From: Sarea resinae
Taxonomy: Eukaryota
Assembly (NCBI GenBank): GCA_026026165.1
Contig: JAPEUD010000002.1
Span: forward strand, 1-64,000
Direction: 5' to 3'
Length of the DNA: 64,000 nt
Below the pieces are notes generated by a model that was given only the letters and a program-made list of their open reading frames with translations, did no database searches and was not told the DNA's origin. Positions 49,634 through 61,699 of this stretch are shown here, piece by piece. How positions within the stretch are numbered: the stretch's first letter is position 1; every line of letters starts with the position of its first letter. Position numbers and translations under genes: made by a program.

Positions 49634-50856
49634 CTTGTTCGCTGGCGGGAATAGGAATCACGGAGATGCAGACGAAAGAGAGAAGAAGAGTGGAGTGGAG
49701 ATCAATGGCTACTTAAGCCGTGCGGGAGCGACAGTGAATCTGAAGATCGGGATGCATCTTCCTCTTTCTACCTCCCTGCCTAGCTGAGGCAAGGTCCACC
49801 AAGGTCCAGCACGGGCAGCCAAGGCGATCGACCCCACCAAGATAGCAGCGACTCGAGTAGGGAGAAGGAGAACCAGAACAACAACAATGGGACAGCGAAC
49901 GGGCCGAGCCGATCCGTCTGGCCAGCCGGTTAAAGAGAGACGGCACAACAATAACAATAACACAGGTACTTCTCTCGTCGGCTATGCACTTTGCGCCCTG
50001 CAGCCTGCACCCCACTGGCGATGGAAGCCTTTTCGAGTCGAGCACGGTCGAGTACGGTCGATCACCAGTCAATCATCCTCCTCATCCGCCTCATCCTTTC
50101 CCTCTTCGTCGATGATCTCTCGTCCGCTCCATCTCGTCCTTTTCACCGTCTTGTGGCCGTGCATTCGTGCCCGCTCGCCAAGGCCCGGAAGAGCATAGCC
50201 AGAGGGGCATGATCGACCGAGAGCGACGAGAGGTGTGGATCAAGCGGAAAGTGATACGTCACTCTCGCGGTGATCATCTTGTTGGATCAATAAGGGATGA
50301 TTGATTGTTGATTGATGGATTGATTATTGATTGATTATTGATTGATCGATAGATGATCGGTCTTGGTTGACGATCTTGCCTGGCTACGGTACGAGTACAG
50401 TGGCAGCGTCGAATGCCGGATCCACCCTCTCCTGCAGGCTGAGCAACCCATTCAGAACACGGCTGGAACATGAGCTGCACCCCTGCCGTCAAGCAGCAAC
50501 ACCGATGGAACATCATCCGTCCGACGGCAATCGATCGACAACGACTCCATCCTATCACTCGGACATGCCCCGTGTGCATGTTAACCACTGCAGATGCGTA
50601 GAACAACAGCCATGCTGTTTGACATGGGTGCAAAACTATTGATATCTGACAATGTCCAAGACGAAGAAATCCAGAGCATTTTGAACCCCAGGAGATAACC
50701 GTCGCTCAACGCCGATGAGATCTAAACTCGTCGATGCCCAAAACCATCATTGTGAGGTTCCTCCTCGAAAAGATCCCAATCCCCTGCAGCCCAGTCGTAG
50801 TCCACATTGCCCAGTCAGCCTTTGATACGCCGGAAAAGTCTCAAAATACTCAGGAC

Positions 50857-51380
50857 CTAAGCCCTGCGTCAGTCAGTGAGAGGATACGGCGTTACACTGG
50901 ACACGGAACCTACAAGAGCGCCAGGGTCAAATCGCCCCTTATGCTCGCCTTCAGCTCAAGCTCAATCTCGAGGTTCAATTCAATCTTCAGCTTCAGTCCT
51001 TCCTCTTCGTCGAGGCTCTTCTTGCCCGATTGTCCCGTGCCAGCCGGCATGCCCATATTAGGATTGCCGGATTGGGCGGGGATCTCTCCTCGGTCGGCTC
51101 GAGCCTTGCTGACGGGCCCATTCATGCTCGTCTCGTCTCCACCGATCCGCTCGAAGGGCTGCATGGCCATCTTGGACTCTTTCTGCTGCTGGGCCTCCAT
51201 GTCGGGGATCGGGTTCTGCTCTTGCTTCTCTTGAGGCTTCGCTTGCCGCTGTCGTCGCTGTGCTCGACGTTTCTCTGGCTCGGCCTCCTTGGTGGGAGCG
51301 GCCTTCTTGGTGTGTTTTCTCTGAGGTTGCTCCTCCTCACTCGATTGGTAGCTGGCGCTGTGTTCCTCGGAGTCTGACAT
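50857..51380 (-). CDS. Hydrophilic protein with C-terminal motif LKLKIELNLEIELELKASIRGDLTLALL
   Basis: ATG at 51380; a terminal intron (~50912-50864) gives the ending LLA*. Confidence 0.75.
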
Positions 51381-52565
51381 GGCTGATTGCAAAAGATGGA
51401 TGTACTATATTGAGGGAGTGCCTTCTATCTGGGATGGTTTGATGATAGAAGTCGTATCTGATGTATTGGCAAAGATGATGGCGATATCGAAAGCAGAAGA
51501 AAAGGATTTGTATATATGACAGGGAGTGAGGGTTCTCAAGTCGAGCAGACGGTAGGCTATGGCCTCAACAGTCAAAACCGGATTACGCTCCTACTCGATC
51601 TCATCGGCAACCGGAAGGGGAATCCTAAGGTTGCATTGGATACATACAGCAATACATCATCGCTCTAGAAGGGGGAGACGGAATGCGCCAGGAAAAGGTA
51701 AGCTCGAAGAGGTCGAGAGGGCTGGAATTATGACGGAATCGCGCATCGTTCAGCCACAGCCACCGCAAGGGATCGCGGTCCAAAGAGCGTTTACCTGCTA
51801 GGGAGCGCCTACTATGGTAAGGTAAGGTACTCTAAAGCGAGAGAGTGGTTGCACTCTACTGAACGTACTGCGCAGTACTGTACTGTACTCTAGTACGATA
51901 CTCTAAGCTACTCTGCTTCCAAGTCCGATGCGGCGTAGTCTGCGGTATTCCGCAGTACTAAGCTGTACCGATGATCTGGTAATCCTCTAGCTGAGCACTA
52001 CGTCATGCTAACCTCGCGCAAAGAGCTCTGTGCTGCCCCGCCCCGCCGTCAGCTATCATCAAAGCGTGCGCATTCCCACTCTGGCAGTTCAGTCTTCCAT
52101 CGGCCGAACTAATTCTCGTCCTCTCCCTTCTGTCGGGTACGGCTGTTCCGTGTCTAGCTCATGGAAAAGATACCTCACAGTCTGGTGTTTCATAAATACG
52201 ACCTGCTCGTACCACCTCAAACCGGATTTGTGCCTCAAGACTCTTGAGCTCGATGCAAATTCGCCGTACAGGGCTCCATCCTCGTACATCATTGAACTGC
52301 GCGAACCATTTGGTAATCTTGTAGAACTTCATGCGATTGATCTGCCATACGATACTTGCTAGGAACACTAGAGACAGAGCCGAATTTTGCACGCTATCCG
52401 CCGAAAACAGTTGTCAAACTGGAACTCCGGAAAAGTAGAATCTTTCCAACGCGACCACCCACTAGAGCGCCACGCGATGAGAGTATGCCAAAGCACATAA
52501 CGTTTTCGACTCTCGTAGTCGTAAGCTCGAAACCCCATCTATGACCTGCTCACAAGTTATTTACT

Positions 52566-53321
52566 TTAATTCCTTGAGTGTTGTTAGCCTTGCACATGCC
52601 ATGCGCCACAGTGCTGGGCCAGGGCAGGAGAGCGAAAGCAAGAAAAGAGCAGATTTGCGGGATCTTACAGTAATCCCAAAGTAACGTCACCGTGGATTTT
52701 CGCTTTCAGTTGGATCTCGACATCCAAGTTGAGCTCCAAACGTAGTCGTAGCTGCTCGTCCGATTTCTTCTCATCGCCCTCTTTCTTGTGTCCACCGCCC
52801 AGGGCATTGCCAACAGTCTTGCCTGCGGTGTCCGTCACCCCGTTCACAGCATTTCCAGCAGTATCCTGTACCGCATCACCAGCTCCTTTGACCAATTCGC
52901 CTCCGGGCAGTTGATCGGTCACTCCATCAAGAGGGCCTTGCTGACCTTGTTGTTGGGGTTGGCCTCGCTGGCGGCGTCCACCACTGGTCGCCTCCGGCTC
53001 GGGTTCGACCTCTTCAGTGTCACTCTCTTGATATTGAGGTTGCTTGCGTTGCTTTGGCTCTCGTTCTTGTTGAGGTTCTGGCGATGGCGATCGAGACTCC
53101 TCTGGTGCCGACGAAGGTGCCTCTTCTTCGGAACGCTCTGGGGTAGGTTGCTGCTTTGGTGGTTGTCTTTGCAGCTTCTTAGGCTTTCTCTTTTCGGTCT
53201 GCTGAGACGTCTTTTTCTGGCTTGCAGTGATGCCGCCTCCTCCGCTCGCTGCTGCGTTGCCCGTCGCTTCGCCTTCAGCGCCGGCCGAAGTCTGTTGCTC
53301 TTTTGTCTCTTGAGCGGACAT
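52566..53321 (-). CDS. Paralogous hydrophilic, LEA-like protein with motif LRLRLELNLDVEIQLKAKIHGDVTLGLL
   Basis: Intact ORF; a terminal intron (~52667-52573, GCTAAC branch) gives the ending LLN*. Confidence 0.8.
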
Positions 53322-54895
53322 TGCGATTGGTAAGGCTGTGTATATCCAGATGCGATCAAAATTGAAGCTTATATAACTTCGCTATATAACGATGGAAGAT
53401 AATGTGAAGCAATAAACAGATGGAAGCAAGAGAGAGAGAGGAATGCGCAAGAAGTACTCCTCGCTCTAGTTTATGTGACCTGGCGAAATGCGGGCAGGTC
53501 AGGTTCAGCCACAAACGATGACGCTGAATGGTCGCAAGAATGAAGGACACTGGGCCCTAATCCTAGTCGTCATGAACTAGGATAAAGGCCCACACCAGCC
53601 ACAATTGATGCGAACGCGTACAAAAGGAAAAAGTCAAAGAGAGTCACTCTAAGGTAAACCTTGGTACTCTACACCCCATAATCCATTGGCAGTGATGTAA
53701 GAAGACCCGGGAACGAGACAGGTTTTGGGCCATTAGAGTCGCATTCGCGGGCAATCGCTAGAGCGATCTAACACAACCTTAGCAGTAGGCCCTGCCCTAT
53801 GAGCGCCACGACGGCTATTTCCCTGTAAGGAGACGGGTCATTCCCCGGTTTTAGAAAGACGGCAATGCAGTTCCGTTTTGAGCAGGTCTCCAGCTGTGGA
53901 TGCTTTGTTTGAAAACATGCGATTTGGCGTATGGTGAATGAACAATTCGAATGTCGTCAGCAAGAAGCGCGTGAAGATTTTCGAGGTGTATTGGTCGAAG
54001 CATACAAGGATTTTGGATCACAACACTATCAATTCCTAGACATGTGTCGTCGTTATTAAGTCATTGTTGTGTCGATTGATGCATCGACTGAAAAGTCGAT
54101 ATGCAGTTGAGGCCATCGCGATTCGTCGCCTAGGTATCCTGGCTAGTCCAGACATGATTGCCGTCCTTTATCGAGTGATGACAAGAAGCACGATAATGAT
54201 GATATTCACCTGCAAATGTCTAGAAAGATAGGGTTAATGATCTCCCTGCATGTTCTCTATTTGCTATTCATGTATCGCCCTTTTCCATACGCAGTATTTC
54301 TCTCGCACAGCACAAAATGAAACGTTCACATCAAGGGCGGCTGAATTCCAGCGTCTTATCTGTATTTCTGAATTTCGATGAATTTAAATTCGTCAATTAC
54401 AATTCATTCACTGATTCCGAGTCCAACAAATGTGACAACGTGATCAATGATTATGCTCTATTGTCTTTCATGGCTTTTATCTAGTCTGAACTGAATAGAA
54501 AAGATGCGATATTTCTGCCAGAGTAATGACGTGTCTTTCTCTTTCTAGAGAAGTCATTCTTTCCGACTCGGGGCAATTTGAGGTCCCGCAGCTGATCCTC
54601 ATCTCACCCAGATTCTAATTTAAACCAGATATATTGATTGAAGCAATTCGTAACTCTCACGATCCTGCGTCCGAATCTCTGGGACTGATTTGATGGAGCT
54701 TGTACGCTGGCTGCGCTTTGTTGATATATTGACATTCATGCACGCATGGATTGAGGGAGATAGTCCGAATGATAGTTCAGTCGCTAAATGAGACCACTAT
54801 GTGCCACTCAAATCATCACCACAATCTCCCATCTCCAACTTAGGCTCGAGCTTAGCACTCTGCCCAGACATAATAAGATCGAGTCAGAAGCCATC

Positions 54896-55579
54896 ATGGC
54901 TCCGTCCGACGACAAAGAAGCGATGGCGAAACAGCGCATCATCTCCCACATGAATGGGGGCCACCAAGAATCATTGGTCCGCTTTCTCGAATACCAATTC
55001 AACCTCCCCTACCTGGCTGTACGCAATGCCGTGCTTGTCGATATGACATTCAACGCCCTTCTCATCGCGCCGAAGAAAGATAGCGTTCCATACAGCGTCC
55101 CGTTCAATCCGCCACTAAACTCATGGGCCGAAGCTCGCGAGCGAATCGTCAAATTGGACCAGGAGACGCTCGCCGGTCTGGGGCGAAGCAATATTACCGT
55201 CCGAGAGTATCGACTTCCGCAATCTCCTCTGCACGTCACTGTGTTGACCCTCTGTCTTCTCACATTTGGCACACTCTGGAGACGTCAAAACGTTGCGCCG
55301 GGATCGTTGCTCTATGACGCTGGTCTGAATCGATATCCCGCTTTTGCCGACTGGCTATACACGGTCGCGCCGTGGGTCTTCAATTCAATGGTCGTCATAC
55401 ACGTCCTCGAGGCCATTTACATGGCAAGGACAAGGCTAGCGGTTCACAACGTGCGGATCTTCAGCCGCCTCTGGTGGACATGGACGGTATCGACTTTCTT
55501 GGAAGGATTTGGGGCATTTCAGAGGTTTGGTGCAATCGTGACGGAGCAAAAGATAGAGAGGGAATCGCAGAAGCACTAG
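54896..55579 (+). CDS. DUF2470-like domain plus C-terminal membrane domain protein
   Basis: RIISHMNGGHQESLVRFLEY..VPFNPPLNSWAEARERIV, then hydrophobic helices and IHVLEAIYM..W..W..STFLEGFGAFQRF. Confidence 0.8.
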   Translation: MAPSDDKEAMAKQRIISHMNGGHQESLVRFLEYQFNLPYLAVRNAVLVDMTFNALLIAPKKDSVPYSVPFNPPLNSWAEARERIVKLDQETLAGLGRSNITVREYRLPQSPLHVTVLTLCLLTFGTLWRRQNVAPGSLLYDAGLNRYPAFADWLYTVAPWVFNSMVVIHVLEAIYMARTRLAVHNVRIFSRLWWTWTVSTFLEGFGAFQRFGAIVTEQKIERESQKH

Positions 55580-56636
55580 GGGACAGACCGGAGGGAACAT
55601 GAGAAGCAATGGACTCCACGGTGATATGACGGCGCCCTTAGTTGCATCAGATGAATATCAAATTCGATCTTTGCTTGTATTATACGGTCTATTTGGCATT
55701 GGCATGTCTTGCACTGCTTTCGAGATTTGGTGCTGTCGCACTGATGAACCATCGTCCTATCTTCTTCACATCACCTGAATGTCTTAGGACGAGGAATACA
55801 AAAAGCAGTCGTATCTCATCTATATCATATAAACTCACAGCCACTCCTATGCCATTCTAAACATCATTCCTCCGCGAATGGAAACCCCCACTAAACATCC
55901 AGAATCTCGGCCCTCGGTAAGTCCTGCGTGCTTAAAGCTCTGGCTGTACGGTCAGAACGGCAGTAATGATGCGCAACTCTCATGAATGATGTACCGTACT
56001 CCGGAATACCGTAGAGATAGATTCGAATGTGAATTTCTGACTCAGCAAAGATTTCACAGGAGATTGTCGGTTGTGTACCGAGATACTCCAAAACTGACCT
56101 TCTAGGGCTGTGACCTTTCAGTAAGCGAACCACCAAAGGATCCACCCACACGACATTGGCGAACGCACCTGGTAGTTAGAGATCGAAGCCGAGACGACAA
56201 TCACAACGACAACGACCTCAACGCCCATAGCCACTGACGGAACACCGGTGAAGGACTACGATCAGATAGGTCAGTGTAGACTCTCATACTCCAACCGCGA
56301 TCTTCTGCATGGACTCGAATTGAAGGCTGCATACGTTGCAAGTCTGTTATCGCGCATCTCGAGGACAGCTGCGTCGGCGTTCGCTGGATGGCTGAGGCAG
56401 GGTGAGGGCGCTGCTATGAGGAGGATACTCGACAGATTCCACTTAGGGAATCTCAGCCCGTGCTTATCAAAGCCGTTCGAGATTGCCTTGTCGACACTTT
56501 TCAGCGCACCTCCGAGCGACGACAGCATTGCGCGGCAGCCTCCTTTCGAGTCTCACAGACGAATGACAGTTAAAATGACCGTCATAGGGACATCTCGCTG
56601 ACAGTTTCACCATAGTCAACTTCATCCTCCGCAAAT

Positions 56637-57347
56637 ATGGGTATCTCTCGGTGTGACACAACGCTCAATAATCTTTCACAGGCCAGAACTAACATTCTAT
56701 CAGTGATTCGCGCCACAAGCGCGCCGCAACCGGTGCGAAGCGGGCCTACTACCGTAAGAAGAGGTATGGATCGAAGCCGTCGTTCGCTCAAACATATCTA
56801 ACGTCCGGACAGAGCCTTCGAGAAGGGCCGTCAACCATCCAACACCCGTATCGGCGCCAAGCGTATCCATCTTGTCCGCACCCGAGGAGGAAACCGCAAG
56901 TTCCGTGCTCTCCGTATCGATTCCGGCAATTTCTCGTGGGGATCCGAAGGTATCGCACGCAAGACCCGTGTGATCGTCGTGTCCTTCCACCCTTCCAACA
57001 ACGAGCTTGTCCGCACAAACACCCTCACCAAGGCCGCCGTTGTTCAAATCGACGCTGCACCATTCCGACAATGGTATGAGGCACACTACGGCCAATCGCT
57101 CGGCCGAAGACGTCAACAGAAGACCGGCGCTGAGGTTGCCGAGGAGAAGAAGAGCAAGGGTGTGGAGAAGAAGCAGGCTGAGCGCTTCGCGGCACAGGGC
57201 AAGGTTGACCCGGCTTTGGAGAGACAATTCGAGGCTGGTCGTCTTTACGCTGTGATCGCCTCGCGACCGGGACAGAGTGGTCGTGTCGATGGTTACATTC
57301 TGGAGGGTGAGGAGTTGGCTTTCTACCAGCGTGCCATCCGGAAGTAG
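56637..57347 (+). CDS. RPS8: 40S ribosomal protein S8 (eS8), 3 coding exons
   Basis: MGISR/DSRHKRAATGAKRAYYRKKR/AFEKGRQPSNTRIG...NNELVRTNTLTK...SRPGQSGRVDGYILEGEELAFY. Introns 56651-56703 and 56764-56812. Confidence 0.98.
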
Positions 57348-57993
57348 GGGAGTGGTTTATCTGGGAATGTTGTGGGCCTACGGTGCTACGGAATAAATCG
57401 AATTCATGGCTCCTCCTCCAAGCTGCAAGGCGAAGTGAGAACTTGGCCAGACTATGGAGAGAAGCATGTATTCTAAATAAATGCATCATGCGTCATCTGT
57501 ATCTCTGCAAAAAGTTCTAATTCAACGAGCTCAGCCACAGAAGTGAATAAAATGATGTGAGATGTCGGAATGAAACCAGGGTGGCGTTGGCCTCGAAGCC
57601 ATTTTAGGTCCACTGCGCGCCCTCTCCCCCATTCATCTGGTGAGCTTGAGGAATTTGATACAAGAAGTATGGGATTCGGTAGATATTATTGTGTAAAGTG
57701 TCACTTACGGGTGCGACCACTACCGAGTCTATTTGGCGAAATAGTGAATCCCAGGTTGTAACAACATCACCGACGTGACTCGGGCTGTTCCTTTGAACCG
57801 TTTCAGGACTATGACTGTCAGACGCGAATGATTAAGCCGCCAGTTTCGATCGACGCCCACGTATTTTACGAGACTTGTGACTCATTGATCCGGGCCCGAT
57901 CCAAACGCAGTTCGTAAACATCATAAGATACAGCTTCACCACATCAGCTCCATCACCTCACAATCATCCCAGTCTCCGTATTTGATTACCACG

Positions 57994-58993
57994 ATGGCCA
58001 AGTCTGTGAAGACTCGATTTTGCGTCATTTCAGATACCCATGATCGTGCTCCGGCATCTGCTGATCAGACTTCCTTTGCTTACCGTTCCCCATTGCCTTC
58101 TGCCGACGTTCTGCTCCATGGCGGAGACCTCACGATGGTTGGTCGTACGTCTGAGTACGAAGCCATGATTGCGATGTTAAGAGAGGCCGATGCCGAGGTG
58201 AAGATAGTGATAGCAGGGAATCATGATATTTCACTCGACCCTGACTACTATGCCGACATAGGGCATTTCAGGCATCAAACAGATGAGGAGGATGTAGAAC
58301 GAGTTCGAGAGCTCTGGACTGGCGCAGAGGCCAAAGGGGCGGGCATCCTATACCTTGAGGAAGGGCTCAGCACATTTACTTTGAAGAACGGCGCTCGATT
58401 CACGGTAAGAACCCCTCAACCCGACCAGGCAATGGACTAGAGCTCAATCGCGACAGATATACACATCGCCATATCAGCCGGAGTTCTGCAGATGGGCATT
58501 TGCATACGAACGGGATGAGGACAGGTTCAATCCGTCATCGCCCGATAGTGAGCTGCCACCTGCATTGAACCCCGTCCCCGACTTTCCCAAAGTCGACATC
58601 ATGCTGACGCATGGCCCGCCATTGAATCGATTGGATAAAGTTGGGAGGGGTGGAAACGTTGGGTGTGAGCACCTACTACGTGCCGTACAACGAGCTCGGC
58701 CCCGACTTCACTGCTTCGGGCATATTCATGAGGGGTGGGGCGCGGAGAGGGTCCGGTGGGGGGACGCGAGAGATTCAAAAGCTGAAGGCATCGAGAGTGT
58801 AGACCTCCTGGAACAGGACCAAGAGAAGATGCTAGCTGAAAGAAGCGCTTATATAGATGCTAGCAGTGGGAGTGATCATCCGCTGGAGTTTGGGAGGGAG
58901 ACGTTGATGGTGAACGCGAGCATCATGAATGTTCGTTATAAGCCAGTCAACGCGCCTTGGGTTGTGGACCTGGACTTGCCATTGGCAGAGTAG
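57994..58993 (+). CDS. Calcineurin-like metallophosphoesterase (MPPED-type), 2 exons
   Basis: Motifs ISDTH, HGGDLT, AGNHD, THGPP and FGHIHE. Intron 58405-58456. Confidence 0.92.
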
Positions 58994-59586
58994 GCGGCTT
59001 GACCTTTCAATGGAAAGGGGAGGCAGCCGATTTTACGAATCTTGCTTGCCTGGGGCCCAAGGTAGGGGGCATTTATTCTTCGTTCGTTCTTTGTTCATTC
59101 CATATGGCCGGAGCGGCGGACTAGGGGAGTTATTGTGGTTTTGCTAAGCAGAAGTTGCTTCCTTGTGCGGCCCATTATATTAGAAATGCGTCGGAACTCA
59201 TTGCTCATGGATCCATTAGAGGAAGCTGATAATCAATCTTGTCAGTGCTTGGCCCTTTCGGCGACGGATCACCGAATACTCCATAGTGTTTTCCTCGACT
59301 ATGAAGAGCTGAAGATTACCCCCCACGACATCTTTCAGACGGCAACGATCTCCAAACCCTACTTCACCATGCGTCACATTCACTCTGCCACCGATACAGC
59401 TCGCGTCAAGCCGTTGAACCTTTGTCACAAGTCTAGTCACCAAGGACTCACTGAGGGCTAATATGATGCTCTGCAGTCAACGCAAAGTTTGTCTTCTTTT
59501 CGAGCTCGATTTCCCATCTTGACCTCCGATATTGCCGCTTTCCCATACTCCTCGTGTAGGCGCCTTCTCAGCTCATTATTAACAGC

Positions 59587-60606
59587 ATGGCTTCTGCTCC
59601 TCGCCCGGTTGTTTCCTCCCGTTCACAGTCCTCGACCTCTTCAGCCTCCAGCTGGGTCAAAGAGGACGATATGGCTCTTGATATGCCAGCTTCCCACAAT
59701 GATCCTGAATGGCTGGAGCCCTTCCTCCCTGGCAAGGAGATGGTCCGCATTTCGCGCATGTGCATGGGCCTCTCCGTCCGTTCCGAGATCAACCCTCTTT
59801 CGCACACGTACAACATCGAGCCTCTGCCCTACATCGACTACAGCCAGCTCACGCTGCTGCTGCGGCTCTGCAGCGCGTACATGTCGCGCGACTGGCTCAA
59901 GCGGTTCGAACGCCTCTTCCGCACCCGCAACAACTACTACCAAGCCTTCGCCTACTATCAATCACGGTACGTGAGTCTCTCGGACGCGACGGCGCACCAC
60001 GGCCTGCTGGCAGCGGACCGCGCCGCCATCCCCACGCTGGTCCCCTCGCCCACCAGCGCGGACCGCGCCGCCAACGTCCGCCAGGCCTTCCGCGACCGCG
60101 ACGCCCGGCTCGCCGACAACGACCGCGCCTGCGCCCGCGCCCTCGACGTCATGCGCGCCCTGTACCGCCAGCTCCAGAGGGCCAAGTACACGCGCGACGT
60201 CGCCGTCGTCCGGCTGGCGCAGGTCAAGGACGCCATCTGCTCGCTCGACCTCAAGCGGTTGGTCATGCTGTCCCGGCGCATTCGCTACGCGGCGCATTTC
60301 GCCGAGGCGGGCGTCGCGGTCTCTGACGTCACCGTCGAGATGATCCAGAATCTGGATGCAACGAGGTTGGAGCCGATGGCGCTTTATCTGGATTATCCTG
60401 AGCCGGAGGCGAGGTCGAAGGGCCGGAAGGACACAATGGATGCGTTCATCTCGGAGCAGGAGAAGAAGGAAGAGGGGAGGGAAAAAGAGAAAGGAAAAGA
60501 GACAGAAAAGCAGACAGAAAAGGAGAAGGAGAAGAAAGCCAATTCGTCAGCGCTTTTCGAAGATCCACGCCACATGTTCTGCGGTGGTCAAGAGCCCAGC
60601 CACTAG
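59587..60606 (+). CDS. Hypothetical protein (339 aa)
   Basis: Long intact ORF with strong third-position GC bias and a Lys/Glu-rich tail. No family recognised. Confidence 0.65.
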   Translation: MASAPRPVVSSRSQSSTSSASSWVKEDDMALDMPASHNDPEWLEPFLPGKEMVRISRMCMGLSVRSEINPLSHTYNIEPLPYIDYSQLTLLLRLCSAYMSRDWLKRFERLFRTRNNYYQAFAYYQSRYVSLSDATAHHGLLAADRAAIPTLVPSPTSADRAANVRQAFRDRDARLADNDRACARALDVMRALYRQLQRAKYTRDVAVVRLAQVKDAICSLDLKRLVMLSRRIRYAAHFAEAGVAVSDVTVEMIQNLDATRLEPMALYLDYPEPEARSKGRKDTMDAFISEQEKKEEGREKEKGKETEKQTEKEKEKKANSSALFEDPRHMFCGGQEPSH

Positions 60607-61699
60607 ACCGACCGACAGACCGAAGACCGAACGAACGAACGAAGCAAAAAAAGTCTGGAGAAACACCTAGCCCATCTCCCACATCGCTTTCTCTTACCCG
60701 CATTCCCGTTCCCTCATCTGTATCAGTACTCTCGTCCACTTCCTGCTCGCCCAACCTCTCCTCGCAGCGGCTTCTTGGTCGCGATAACGTCCACGTCCAC
60801 GTACACGTGACGAAGGCTTCAGTTCCTCTTCTCTTCGCCCCTCTTCTCTCCTCCGCTTCTCTTCTTCTCCTTCGGCACTACCCTCTTAGCAACTTCCATG
60901 CCATTTTGTGGGCGGACTGGGTGAGCTATGAGGCACGGGATAATCATGGGATAAGGCACAAGGCACAAGGCACAGGCACAGCATGTATCAAATCAACCAA
61001 TCAATCCAATCAATCAACCAAAAAACCAATCAATCAAACAGCAGACAAGGGAGGGAGAAGGGACAAGATGACCAGATGAGCGAGTGAAGGCATGGAGTCA
61101 AACGTGATATGAACTACATAAGGAGGAGAGATTCAATTGATTGGTTTATTGAATGATTGGGACTTCAAGCCCCAAATCCGAGATCGGAGAATGATGATAT
61201 GAGAGCATGAACATGATATTGGTTTCCATTCAAATTCAACAACCGGTCGGGAGTAGTCGGTCGGATTATCTGATACCAAGTCCATCCATCATGACATCAA
61301 TCAATCAATCAATCAGTAAAGACAAGGGGTGAATTGGACAATTGCGGTCTATGTATTTAAAGTATAGTCTATACTGAAGGGACTCCCCCTCTCCCTTTCC
61401 CATACAATCGTCTAGTCCTCCGTGCATATATAGGCATCCCTCAAAACCTCGTTCGTCGCCACTGACACAACCCCAAAACGCATTTACGAGGGAACGAAGT
61501 CCAAATAAATCCAGAGGAAAGCACCAAAAATCAACAAGAAGTCATGAGAACCATCATAAACAACGTGATCGACCAGCCAACCGACGGACCGACATACAGT
61601 CATCAGCAGCAGCAGCAGCAGCAGCACGGCCCACGGGAATCAAATCCAGATGAAATCACTTCAGACAAGAAGAAAAACTACAAAGACAAAGCTTCCCGT

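Noticed and set aside
52030..52544. ORFs between the two paralogous hydrophilic genes
   Set aside because: Short, overlapping, mostly non-ATG starts and no recognised family.
55960..56045. Box C/D snoRNA upstream of RPS8
   Set aside because: Only imperfect C boxes (ATGATGC/ATGATGT) with a CTGA. No terminal stem or rRNA guide could be identified by eye.
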